DNA from: Kineococcus radiotolerans SRS30216 = ATCC BAA-149
GTDB lineage: Bacteria; Actinomycetota; Actinomycetes; Actinomycetales; Kineococcaceae
Length of the DNA stretch: 32,000 bases
NCBI RefSeq assembly: GCF_000017305.1
Contig: NC_009664.2
Span: 2,550,001-2,582,000 of the forward strand
Reading direction: 5' to 3'
Every line of letters begins with the position of its first letter. Positions within the stretch are counted from its first letter, which is position 1. Shown here piece by piece: positions 7,598 through 14,846 of the stretch. Position numbers and translations under genes: made by a program. The notes under the pieces are model-generated. The model was not told where the DNA came from. It saw only the letters and a program-made list of their open reading frames with translations, and made no database searches.

Positions 7598-7625
7598 CGT
7601 GACGGATGTTACGGTAACGGCCGTT
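7598..7625. promoter_or_regulatory. Cluster of ACGG/CCGT palindromes (candidate TetR operator) in the TetR/GNAT divergent intergenic region
   Basis: CCGTgACGG (7598-7606), GTTACgGTAAC (7608-7618) and the perfect 10-bp palindrome AACGGCCGTT (7616-7625), all within a 64-bp intergenic region. Confidence 0.4.
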
Positions 7626-7645
7626 CCGGGACGAGAGGGGTCGCT

Positions 7646-8101
7646 GTGGGGTTCGTCGTCGAGGTGGAGGACTGGGACGCCCCCGAGGGGGCGGGGCTGC
7701 GCGCGGCCCAGCGCGCCGAGCTGGACGCCCGCTACGGCGGCGACGACCACGAACCGGGCACGGCGCCCAGCGCCGCCGACGTCGCGGTGTTCGTCGTCGC
7801 CCGCGACGAGGAGGGCGCGGCCGTGGCCTGCGGCGGGCTGCGCCCGCTGGGACCCGGCCTCGCCGAGCTCAAGCGGATGTACGTCCGGCCCGAGCGGCGC
7901 GGCAGCGGCGTCGCCGTCCTCGTCCTGCGGGCCCTGGAGGAGCGCGCCCGCGCCCTCGGGGTCACCCGGGTGGTGCTGGAGACCGGCACCCTGCAGCCCG
8001 AGGCCCTGCGCTTCTACCTGCGCGAGGGCTACCAGCGCATCGAGAACTTCGGCCCCTACGCGGGGGAGGCCCTCTCGGTCTGCTGCGCCCGCGACCTCTA
8101 G
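7646..8101 (+). CDS. GNAT-family N-acetyltransferase
   Basis: This is the C-terminal part of track ORF 6371..8101. GTG 7646 is preceded by GAGAGGGG. The acetyl-CoA site reads MYVRPERRGSGVAVLVLRALEERARALG, followed by a LREGYQRI tail. Confidence 0.85.
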   Translation: MGFVVEVEDWDAPEGAGLRAAQRAELDARYGGDDHEPGTAPSAADVAVFVVARDEEGAAVACGGLRPLGPGLAELKRMYVRPERRGSGVAVLVLRALEERARALGVTRVVLETGTLQPEALRFYLREGYQRIENFGPYAGEALSVCCARDL

Positions 8102-8124
8102 GACCGACCTACACTCGACGGGCC

Positions 8125-9243
8125 ATGCAGTGCGACTACTACGACGCCCGCGCGTGCCGTTCGTGCACCCTCATCGAGCTCCCCTACCCCCGGCAGGTCC
8201 GGGACAAGGAGGAGCGCTGCCGCGAGCTGCTCGCCGCCCACGAGGGCCTGCGCTGGCTGCCGAGCGTCCGCAGCCCCGAGGCGGGGTACCGCAACAAGGC
8301 CAAGATGGTCGTCGGCGGCACGGTGGAGCGGCCCACGTTCGGCATCCTGGACGCCGCCGGCCGCGGGGTCGACCTCAGCGAGTGCCCGGTCTGCGCGCCC
8401 GGCATCCTCGACCTCCTGCCCGTCCTGGCCCGCTTCACCACCCGGGCCGGGCTGGTGCCCTACGACGTCCCGCGCCGGCGCGGTGAGCTGAAGAACGTCC
8501 TGATCACCGAGTCCCCCTCGGGGGAGCTCATGGTCCGCTTCGTCCTGCGCTCGCAGGACCGCCTGCCCGCGCTGCGCCGGCACCTGCCGCAGCTGCTGCG
8601 CGAGGCCCCGCGCCTGGCCGTCGTCAGCGTCAACCTGCTCCCCGAGCACAAGGCCGTCGTCGAGGGCGACGTCGAGATCGCCCTCACCGAGCGCACGACG
8701 CTGCGGATGCCGATGGGCGGGGTCGACCTCGACCTGCGTCCGCAGAGCTTCTTCCAGACCAACACCGTCGTCGCGCGGGAGCTGTACGCCCAGGTCGCCC
8801 GCTGGGTCGACGAGGTCGCCCCGGCCAGCCTGTGGGACCTCTACTGCGGGGTCGGCGGCTTCGCCCTGCACTGCGCGGCCCCGGGCCGCCGCGTCACCGG
8901 CATCGAGGTGAGCGCGGAGGCCGTCGAGAGCGCCCGCGCCGCCGCCGCCGGCCTGCCCGACGTGGAGTTCGCCGCCGGCGACGCGACCCGGTTCGCGCTG
9001 GAGGCGCCCGAGGCGCCGGAGCTGGTCGTGGTGAACCCCCCGCGCCGCGGGATCGGCCCGGAGCTCAGCGGGTGGCTGGAGCGCTCCGACGTCGCCCACG
9101 TCGTGTACTCCAGCTGCAACCCCGTCACGCTGGCCAAGGACCTCGCGGCCATGCCGTCGCTGCGGCCGGTGCGGGCCCGGGTGCTCGACATGTTCCCCCA
9201 CACCCAGCACGTCGAGGTCGCGGTCCTGCTCTCCCGGACCTGA
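8125..9243 (+). CDS. rlmC: 23S rRNA (uracil-C5)-methyltransferase, RlmC/RumB-like (TrmA family, Fe-S cysteines)
   Basis: Track ORF 8125..9243. The N-terminus MQCDYYDARACRSCTLIELPY parallels E. coli RlmC. A fourth Cys lies in SECPVCAPG. The SAM-binding fold reads DLYCGVGGFAL, followed by VVVNPPRRG and the nucleophile context VYSSCNP. Confidence 0.8.
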   Translation: MQCDYYDARACRSCTLIELPYPRQVRDKEERCRELLAAHEGLRWLPSVRSPEAGYRNKAKMVVGGTVERPTFGILDAAGRGVDLSECPVCAPGILDLLPVLARFTTRAGLVPYDVPRRRGELKNVLITESPSGELMVRFVLRSQDRLPALRRHLPQLLREAPRLAVVSVNLLPEHKAVVEGDVEIALTERTTLRMPMGGVDLDLRPQSFFQTNTVVARELYAQVARWVDEVAPASLWDLYCGVGGFALHCAAPGRRVTGIEVSAEAVESARAAAAGLPDVEFAAGDATRFALEAPEAPELVVVNPPRRGIGPELSGWLERSDVAHVVYSSCNPVTLAKDLAAMPSLRPVRARVLDMFPHTQHVEVAVLLSRT

Positions 9244-9256
9244 CCCGTCCCGCCCG

Positions 9257-9901
9257 TCAGCCCTCGGGACGGGGTGCGGTGTTCAGCCAGCCCTGCAGGA
9301 CGTCGCACAGCGACCGCAGGTCCCGGTCGAGGTCCGGCAGGAGCTGCGGGCCGGGCTGCTCCACGCCCAGCCAGCGGCGCAGCACCGAGAGGTAGGCGGC
9401 GTGCACGGCCCCGGCCACGGCCTGCGGCACGACGTCGGGGGCGGCGAGGCCGTGGCGGTGCGCGACGAACGCGGCGACGTGCTCGCGCCACTCCGCCCAC
9501 TGCTGGGACTCCCCCGAGCGCAGTTCGCTCGACTCCTCCAGGACGCGGAAGCGCTGCATCCACAGCCCCTGGTCGTCGATGACCCGCTGGACCGCGCCGA
9601 CGACGGCGGCGCGGACGAGGTCCATGGTGGCGTCGCCGCGGTCGCGGGACTCCTCCAGCAGCCGCGCGAAACCCGCGGTGTACTCGTCGAAGCGCCACCA
9701 CACGATGGAGGCCTTGGAGGGGAAGTAGCGGAAGAAGCTCGTCTTGCTCACCCCGGCCGCGGCGGTGATCTCCGCCAGCGTGGTCTCCTCGAAACCCCGG
9801 GTCAGGAAGAGTTCGACGGCCACGGTCTCGATCTCCGCACGAGAGGAGGCCGGGGGCCGTCCGCGGCGCGGGGCGGTTGGTTCCACCACGTGTTCGCTCA
9901 C
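9257..9901 (-). CDS. TetR/AcrR-family transcriptional regulator
   Basis: This is the C-terminal part of track ORF 9257..10465, trimmed to GTG 9901. HTH region: SRAEIETVAVELFLTRGFEETTLAEITAAAGVSKTSFFRYFPSKASIV. A CACGCT hexamer lies 6 nt upstream of the GTG, suggesting a leaderless transcript. Confidence 0.85.
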   Translation of the reverse strand: MSEHVVEPTAPRRGRPPASSRAEIETVAVELFLTRGFEETTLAEITAAAGVSKTSFFRYFPSKASIVWWRFDEYTAGFARLLEESRDRGDATMDLVRAAVVGAVQRVIDDQGLWMQRFRVLEESSELRSGESQQWAEWREHVAAFVAHRHGLAAPDVVPQAVAGAVHAAYLSVLRRWLGVEQPGPQLLPDLDRDLRSLCDVLQGWLNTAPRPEG

Positions 9902-9997
9902 GGGGACAGCGTGCCACAGCGGCCCCCCGGGGCGGGCCGCGTCCGCTCGGCCCGGACGTGATCCTCGCGGGCGGGGCCGATGCCCTAGCCTCGGCAC

Positions 9998-10579
9998 GTG
10001 GGAACTGTGACGACCGCCGGGGCCGAGCGGACGACCTACGTCGTCGTCGACGGCGAGAACATCGACGCGACGCTGGGCGCCTCCATCCTCGAGGGCCGGC
10101 CCGCGCCGGAGCAGCGCCCGCGCTGGGAGCGGCTGCTGGACTTCGCCCGCACCACCTTCCAGCAACCGGCCAAGGGCCTGTTCTTCCTCAACGCCTCCTC
10201 GGGGCACCTGCCGATGTCCTTCGTCCAGGCGTTGCTGGCCCTGGGCTACCAACCCATCCCGCTGGCCGGCGGGCCGGGCGAGAAGGTCGTCGACATCGGC
10301 ATCCAGCGCACCCTGGACGCCCTGGTCGAGCGCGAGGGCGACGTCCTCCTCGGCAGCCACGACGTCGACTTCCTGCCGCAGATCGACCGGCTGCTCACCG
10401 GCGACCGCCTCGTCGGGCTCGTGGGGTTCAAGGAGTTCATGAACTCCCAGTACGCCGGGCTGCACGAGCGGGGCCTGAAGGTCTTCGACCTCGAGGAGGA
10501 CGTCCGCGCGTTCAAGGTCGTCCTGCCCCGCGTGCGGATCATCCCGCTGGCCGACTTCGACCCGACGCGCTACCTCTGA
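9998..10579 (+). CDS. NYN/LabA-like (PIN-fold) domain protein, function unknown
   Basis: Track ORF 9998..10579. Contains YVVVDGENID and LLGSHDVDFLPQIDRL, which resemble NYN acidic motifs. A TAGCCT hexamer (9986-9991) lies 6 nt upstream of the GTG. Confidence 0.6.
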   Translation: MGTVTTAGAERTTYVVVDGENIDATLGASILEGRPAPEQRPRWERLLDFARTTFQQPAKGLFFLNASSGHLPMSFVQALLALGYQPIPLAGGPGEKVVDIGIQRTLDALVEREGDVLLGSHDVDFLPQIDRLLTGDRLVGLVGFKEFMNSQYAGLHERGLKVFDLEEDVRAFKVVLPRVRIIPLADFDPTRYL

Positions 10580-10586
10580 GGCGCGC

Positions 10587-12098
10587 TCAGCGGGCCAGGG
10601 CCAGCACCGTCTCCAGGGTGTCGGCCTCGGCCGCGGTCTTGTCCTCGCGGTAGCGCACGACGCGGGCGAAGCGCAGCGCCACCCCGCCCGGGTAGCGGGT
10701 CGAGCGCTGCAGGCCGTCGAAGGCGACCTCCACGACCTGCTCCGGGCGCACCGTCACCACGTACCCGTCCTCGCCGGTCTGCAGCTCGCGGAACCGCGCG
10801 GTCTGCCAGGCCAGCGTCTCGTCGGTCATGCCCTTGAACGTCTTGCCCAGCATGACGAAACCCCCCGTCGCGGGGTCGCGGGCGCCCAGGTGGACGTTCG
10901 ACAGCCAGCCCGCCCGCCGTCCCGAACCCCGTTCCACGGCCAGGACGACCAGGTCGAGGGTGTGCACGGGTTTCACCTTCACCCACGCCCCGCCGCGCCG
11001 GCCGGCCGCGTAGGGGGAGTCGAGGTCCTTGACGACGACGCCCTCGTGGCCGCCCGCCAGCGCCTGCGCGGCGAACTCCGCCGCGGCCGCGGGGTCCGCG
11101 GTGACCAGGCGAGGGGTCCGCCACCGGGGCGGGACGAACCCGTCGAGGGCGGCGAGGCGCTCGCGCAGCGCGACGTCGAGCAGGTCCGCGCCGTCGAGGT
11201 GCAGGACGTCGAAGAAGTACGGCACCACCGCGTCACCGCTCGCCTGCGCCGTGCGCGAAGCGGTGTCCTGGAACGCCTTCGGGCGTCCGGACCCGTCGAG
11301 GACGAGGGCCTCGCCGTCCAGCACGAACGCGCGGGCGGGCAGTTCCCGCACCACCTCGACGACCTCGGGCAGCCGAGCGGTGATGTCCTCCAGGGTCCGG
11401 GTCGCGATCCGGACGCCCTCCGGCCCGCGGTGGACCTGGATGCGGATCCCGTCGAGCTTGGTGTCCACGGCCACCGGGCCCGCGAACCCGGCGACGGCCT
11501 CCGCGACGGAGGTGGTGCTGGCGGCGAGCATCGGCAGCAGCGGGCGGCCGACGTGCAGCCCGAAGCCCGCGAGCTCCGCGGCGCCCCCGCGCAGCGCGGC
11601 GACCACGGCCTGCACCGTCGACCCGGCGAGCATCGCCGCCCGCCGCACGTCGGGGCCGGGGACCCCGGCGACGGCCGCGGCCGCGTCCTGGACCAGCGCG
11701 TCCAGCGCGCCCTGGCGCAGCTCGCCCGCGACGACCCCGCGCAGCCAGCGCTGCTCCTCGCCGGTGGCCCGGGCGAAGAGGTCGGCGACCGCGGCGGCGC
11801 GGCGCCCGGCCGACCCCGGGCCGGACAGGGCCGCGACCTCCTCGAAGCGGCGGTCGACCTCCGCGACCTCCAGCGACGCCTCGCCGGCCGGGGCGGGCAG
11901 GCCGCTGAGGCTGCGCCCGCCGAGCCCGGTGCGGCGCTGGCGCAGGCTGCCGCCGAGGTAGGCGGCCACGACGGCGGTCAGCTCGGCGTCGGCCGGGTCC
12001 AGTCCCCGCAGCAGCCCGGCGATGGCCGCGACCTTGGCCGTGCGCGAGCGGGTCGCGGCGACGGCGGTGGAGGTGGCGACGACGTCGGCGAGCAGCAC
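10587..12098 (-). CDS. ligB: ATP-dependent DNA ligase (three-domain, mycobacterial LigB type)
   Basis: Track ORF 10587..12098 (503 aa). The adenylation motif I is VDTKLDGIRIQVH (KxDG). Also GHEGVVVKD and WVKVK, followed by a C-terminal OB domain. Confidence 0.92.
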   Translation of the reverse strand: MLLADVVATSTAVAATRSRTAKVAAIAGLLRGLDPADAELTAVVAAYLGGSLRQRRTGLGGRSLSGLPAPAGEASLEVAEVDRRFEEVAALSGPGSAGRRAAAVADLFARATGEEQRWLRGVVAGELRQGALDALVQDAAAAVAGVPGPDVRRAAMLAGSTVQAVVAALRGGAAELAGFGLHVGRPLLPMLAASTTSVAEAVAGFAGPVAVDTKLDGIRIQVHRGPEGVRIATRTLEDITARLPEVVEVVRELPARAFVLDGEALVLDGSGRPKAFQDTASRTAQASGDAVVPYFFDVLHLDGADLLDVALRERLAALDGFVPPRWRTPRLVTADPAAAAEFAAQALAGGHEGVVVKDLDSPYAAGRRGGAWVKVKPVHTLDLVVLAVERGSGRRAGWLSNVHLGARDPATGGFVMLGKTFKGMTDETLAWQTARFRELQTGEDGYVVTVRPEQVVEVAFDGLQRSTRYPGGVALRFARVVRYREDKTAAEADTLETVLALAR

Positions 12099-12143
12099 GG
12101 GCCCATCCTGCCCCGGGCCCCGCCGCCCGGCCGGGTGGAGCCC

Positions 12144-12491
12144 TCAGCCCCGGGCGGGAGCGGCGGGACGGCGCGCGGTCCCCGCCGGGAGCGCGCCGCG
12201 GCGCAGCATCCCGCGCTCGAAGACGACCGTGCCGAAGGGCGGGACGCCCGCGGCGAGCCCGACGAGGGTCGTCGGCAGGCTCCAGCGCAGGGTCACCGCG
12301 GCCCAGACCGTGGAGAGCAGGTACACCACGAACCCGATGCCGTGGATCATGCCGACGACGGGGACCCCGCCCTCGTGGGGCGCGTGGACGACCCACTTGA
12401 GGAACATCGCGACGAGCAGCGCGGTCCACGAGACCGCCTCGAACGTCGCGATCACGCGGAACCAGCGGGCGGCGATGGGCCCGGACGTCAT
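12144..12491 (-). CDS. DUF3817-like small integral membrane protein
   Basis: Track ORF 12144..12491 (115 aa). Four hydrophobic segments (FRVIATFEAVSWTALLVAMFLKW..., GMIHGIGFVVYLL...). A strong SD (GAGGAGGA) lies 4 nt before the ATG. Confidence 0.65.
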   Translation of the reverse strand: MTSGPIAARWFRVIATFEAVSWTALLVAMFLKWVVHAPHEGGVPVVGMIHGIGFVVYLLSTVWAAVTLRWSLPTTLVGLAAGVPPFGTVVFERGMLRRGALPAGTARRPAAPARG

Positions 12492-12531
12492 GGGGTCCTC
12501 CTCGTCGGTGGGGCCTCCCAGTCTGACGTCC

Positions 12532-12552
12532 CGGCGCGGGAGGGCCGCGCCG
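12532..12552 (-). terminator. GC-rich stem-loop downstream of the TetR gene (possible factor-independent terminator without a U-tract)
   Basis: CGGCGCGG (12532-12539) pairs with CCGCGCCG (12545-12552) around a 5-nt loop. It lies 19 nt past the TetR stop at 12571. Confidence 0.3.
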
Positions 12553-12570
12553 CCGGCGGTGTGTGATCCC

Positions 12571-13191
12571 TCACCCCGGGGGCCGGTCGGCCGGTCCGGC
12601 GGCCAGCGTCGCGAGGTGGCCGCGCAGGACCTCGACGGCCCACCCCGTGGGGGCGGCCGGGGCCTGGCGCACCAGGTGCAGGGCCAGCCCGTCCAGCAGG
12701 GCGTGCAGGTGCGCGGTGGCGGGGTCGGTGGCGTCGGGCTGGGTCGGGTCGGTGGCGGCCGGGCCGCCGGTGAGGGCCCGCGCGACGTGGCGGCAGGCGG
12801 TGGCGACGTCCTCGTGCGCGGCGTCTGCGGCCGGGCGCAGGGCGGGGTCGGTGAGGGCGGCGGTGCCCAGGGCGAACTGGACCTCCGCCTCCAGGCGGCG
12901 CTCGGCGTCCAGGGGCAGCAGCTCGACGAGGACGGCGAGCGCGGAGCCGGGGTCGGTGACCTGCGCCAGGGCGGCGATCCGGCCGGCGGCGCGGCGGCGG
13001 GCCAGGTCCAGGCAGTAGGCCAGCAGGGAGGCCTGGGTGGGGAACGCCCGGCGCAGGGAGGCGGTGGCGAGACCGGCCTCGGCGGCGACCCCGCGCACCG
13101 ACACCGCGCGGACGCCCTCGCGGGCGGCCACCCGCCAGGCGGCCTCGGCCACCGCGATCTCGCGCTCGGTGTGGTCGATGAGCCTGGGCAC
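12571..13191 (-). CDS. TetR/AcrR-family transcriptional regulator
   Basis: Track ORF 12571..13254, trimmed to GTG 13191. HTH region: REIAVAEAAWRVAAREGVRAVSVRGVAAEAGLATASLRRAFPTQASLL. A TACGAT hexamer (13203..13198) lies 6 nt upstream of the GTG. The longer ORF would run through the operator palindrome. Confidence 0.8.
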   Translation of the reverse strand: MPRLIDHTEREIAVAEAAWRVAAREGVRAVSVRGVAAEAGLATASLRRAFPTQASLLAYCLDLARRRAAGRIAALAQVTDPGSALAVLVELLPLDAERRLEAEVQFALGTAALTDPALRPAADAAHEDVATACRHVARALTGGPAATDPTQPDATDPATAHLHALLDGLALHLVRQAPAAPTGWAVEVLRGHLATLAAGPADRPPG

Positions 13192-13210
13192 CGGAGGATC
13201 GTAGCGGTGG

Positions 13211-13226
13211 TAGCACGACCGTGCTA
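13211..13226. promoter_or_regulatory. 16-bp palindrome TAGCACG-AC-CGTGCTA, candidate TetR operator
   Basis: Perfect 7-bp inverted arms in an unusually AT-rich 74-bp divergent intergenic region. The palindrome ends 7 bp upstream of the TetR -10-like TACGAT. TTGACA (13235-13240) and AAGGAG (13255-13260) of the divergent gene lie next to it. Confidence 0.55.
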
Positions 13227-13265
13227 ATTTCTTTGTTGACACATCTGTGCTCACAAGGAGACGTC

Positions 13266-13841
13266 GTGCTGCTGCTCATCGCCGGTTGCGAGATCGGTTT
13301 CTGGTTGCTCGTGGTCGCCGGGCTGCTGGCCCGCTACCCGCTGCGGGCCCGGCGGGCCGGCGGGGTCCTGCTCGCCGCGGTGCCGCTGGTGGACCTGGTG
13401 CTCCTGGTGGCGACCGCCGCCCACCTGCGCACCGGCGTTGAGGCGACCTGGGCGCACGGCCTGGCCGCGGTCTACCTCGGCTTCACCCTCGCCCACGGCC
13501 GGCGCCTCGTGGCGTGGGCCGACGTCCGCTTCGCCCACCGTTTCGCCGGCGGTCCAGCCCCCGCCGCCCTGCACGGGCGGGCGTACGCACGCCGGTGCTG
13601 GGCCGACGTGCTGCGCACCGCGGCGGCCGCGGCCGTGGCCGCCGGTCTCCTCCTCGCCGGGCAGCGCTGGATCGACGACCCCGCCCGCACCGCGGCCCTC
13701 GACGGGTTCCTCCCCCTGCTGGGCGTGGTCTGCGCGGTGGAGCTCTGCTGGGCGCTGACGTACACGGTGTGGCCGCGCAGCGCGCCCCGGACGCAGCCTC
13801 GGCCCGAGCCGCGCGCGGAGTCCCGGGCGGGCGCGCGGTGA
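13266..13841 (+). CDS. Hypothetical polytopic membrane protein (about 4 TM segments)
   Basis: Track ORF 13221..13841, trimmed to GTG 13266, which lies 5 nt after AAGGAG. The sequence is hydrophobic (LLLIAGCEIGFWLLVVAGLLA..., VLLAAVPLVDLVLLVATAAHL...). I recognised no family. Confidence 0.6.
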   Translation: MLLLIAGCEIGFWLLVVAGLLARYPLRARRAGGVLLAAVPLVDLVLLVATAAHLRTGVEATWAHGLAAVYLGFTLAHGRRLVAWADVRFAHRFAGGPAPAALHGRAYARRCWADVLRTAAAAAVAAGLLLAGQRWIDDPARTAALDGFLPLLGVVCAVELCWALTYTVWPRSAPRTQPRPEPRAESRAGAR

Positions 13842-14839
13842 GCCTGCGCCGCCGCACCGCCCTCGGGCTGGCCCTGCTCCCGTTCGCCGCCGCGGGGGGA
13901 GCGGCCGGCGAGGAGGTCGCCCGCCGCACCGGGCGCCCCCCGGCCCCGGCGGGCAGCCTGCGCGTCGACGCCGGCAGCGCCGTCCTGCACCTGGTGCGCC
14001 GCGGGAGCGGCGCCCCGGGGACGCCGACCGTCGTCCTGGAGGCCGGCAGCGGGGAGACCAGCGCCTCCTTCGCCCGCGTCCTGGACGGCTGGGACCTGCC
14101 CGCGGCCGTCGTCGCCACCGACCGCGCCGGGTACGGCCGCAGCGGCCCCTCCTCGGCCCCGCGCACCGGCGAGCACGTGGTGACCGAGCTGCGCACCGCG
14201 CTGCGGCGCAGCGGGTCCCCGCCGCCGTACGTCCTCGCGGGGCACTCGATGGGGGGCCTGTTCGCGCGGCGCTTCGCCGTCGAGCACCCCGGCGAGGTCG
14301 CCGGCCTGGTCCTCCTCGACGCCCGCCCCGAGGACGACGCTCGCCGCACCGCGGACCTGCTGCGCGCCGCCGGGTTCGCCGAGGACCCCCCGTGGCCGCT
14401 GCTCGCCGGGCTCGCCCGCACCGGCGCGCTGCGGACGCTCGCCCCCGTCCTGCTGGGCCCCTCCGTCCCGGCTGCGGACCGGGCGGAGTTCCTCGACGTC
14501 ACCGCCGGCCCGGCGTACTTCCGCACCCGCGCCGAGGAGGCGGCGGCGATCACCGCCACCGAGGACCTCGTGCGCGGGCGGACCCTGGGGGACCGGCCGG
14601 TGGCGGTCGTCGCGCGCGGCCGGGCCCAGGACTACGCCGCCGCCGGCCTCGACGCCGCCACCGGGCGGGCGCTGGAGGAGCTCTGGCAGGACGGGCAGCG
14701 GCGGATGCTGCGGCTGTCCACGCGCAGCCGCCTCACCGTCGCCGCCGGCAGCGGGCACCTCGTCCCCCGCGAGCGCCCCGACGCCGTGCGGGAGGCGGTG
14801 CGGTGGGTCCTCACCGAGCTCGGGGTGCGCCGCCGGTGA
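13838..14839 (+). CDS. Alpha/beta hydrolase with an N-terminal signal-like (possible Tat) sequence
   Basis: This is the C-terminal part of track ORF 13514..14839. The GTG at 13838 overlaps the upstream stop (GTGA at 13838-13841). The N-terminus is VSLRRRTALGLALLPFAAAGG. The nucleophile elbow is GHSMGG, and a conserved His lies in SGHLVPRE. Confidence 0.8.
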   Translation: MSLRRRTALGLALLPFAAAGGAAGEEVARRTGRPPAPAGSLRVDAGSAVLHLVRRGSGAPGTPTVVLEAGSGETSASFARVLDGWDLPAAVVATDRAGYGRSGPSSAPRTGEHVVTELRTALRRSGSPPPYVLAGHSMGGLFARRFAVEHPGEVAGLVLLDARPEDDARRTADLLRAAGFAEDPPWPLLAGLARTGALRTLAPVLLGPSVPAADRAEFLDVTAGPAYFRTRAEEAAAITATEDLVRGRTLGDRPVAVVARGRAQDYAAAGLDAATGRALEELWQDGQRRMLRLSTRSRLTVAAGSGHLVPRERPDAVREAVRWVLTELGVRRR

Positions 14840-14846
14840 GGGCTCC

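Noticed and set aside
7646-8101. Whether the GNAT acetyltransferase could be the toxin of a GNAT/RHH toxin-antitoxin pair.
   Set aside because: There is no small upstream or downstream antitoxin ORF. The neighbour is a divergently transcribed full-length TetR regulator. The arrangement fits ordinary regulator/enzyme pairing.
12099-12143. Whether the ligase upstream region also carries the TGTCGG box.
   Set aside because: It has a CAGGAT hexamer 6 nt from the GTG, but the upstream 8-mer (GGGCGGCG region) does not match TGTCGG. I therefore do not claim it as a member of the putative regulon.
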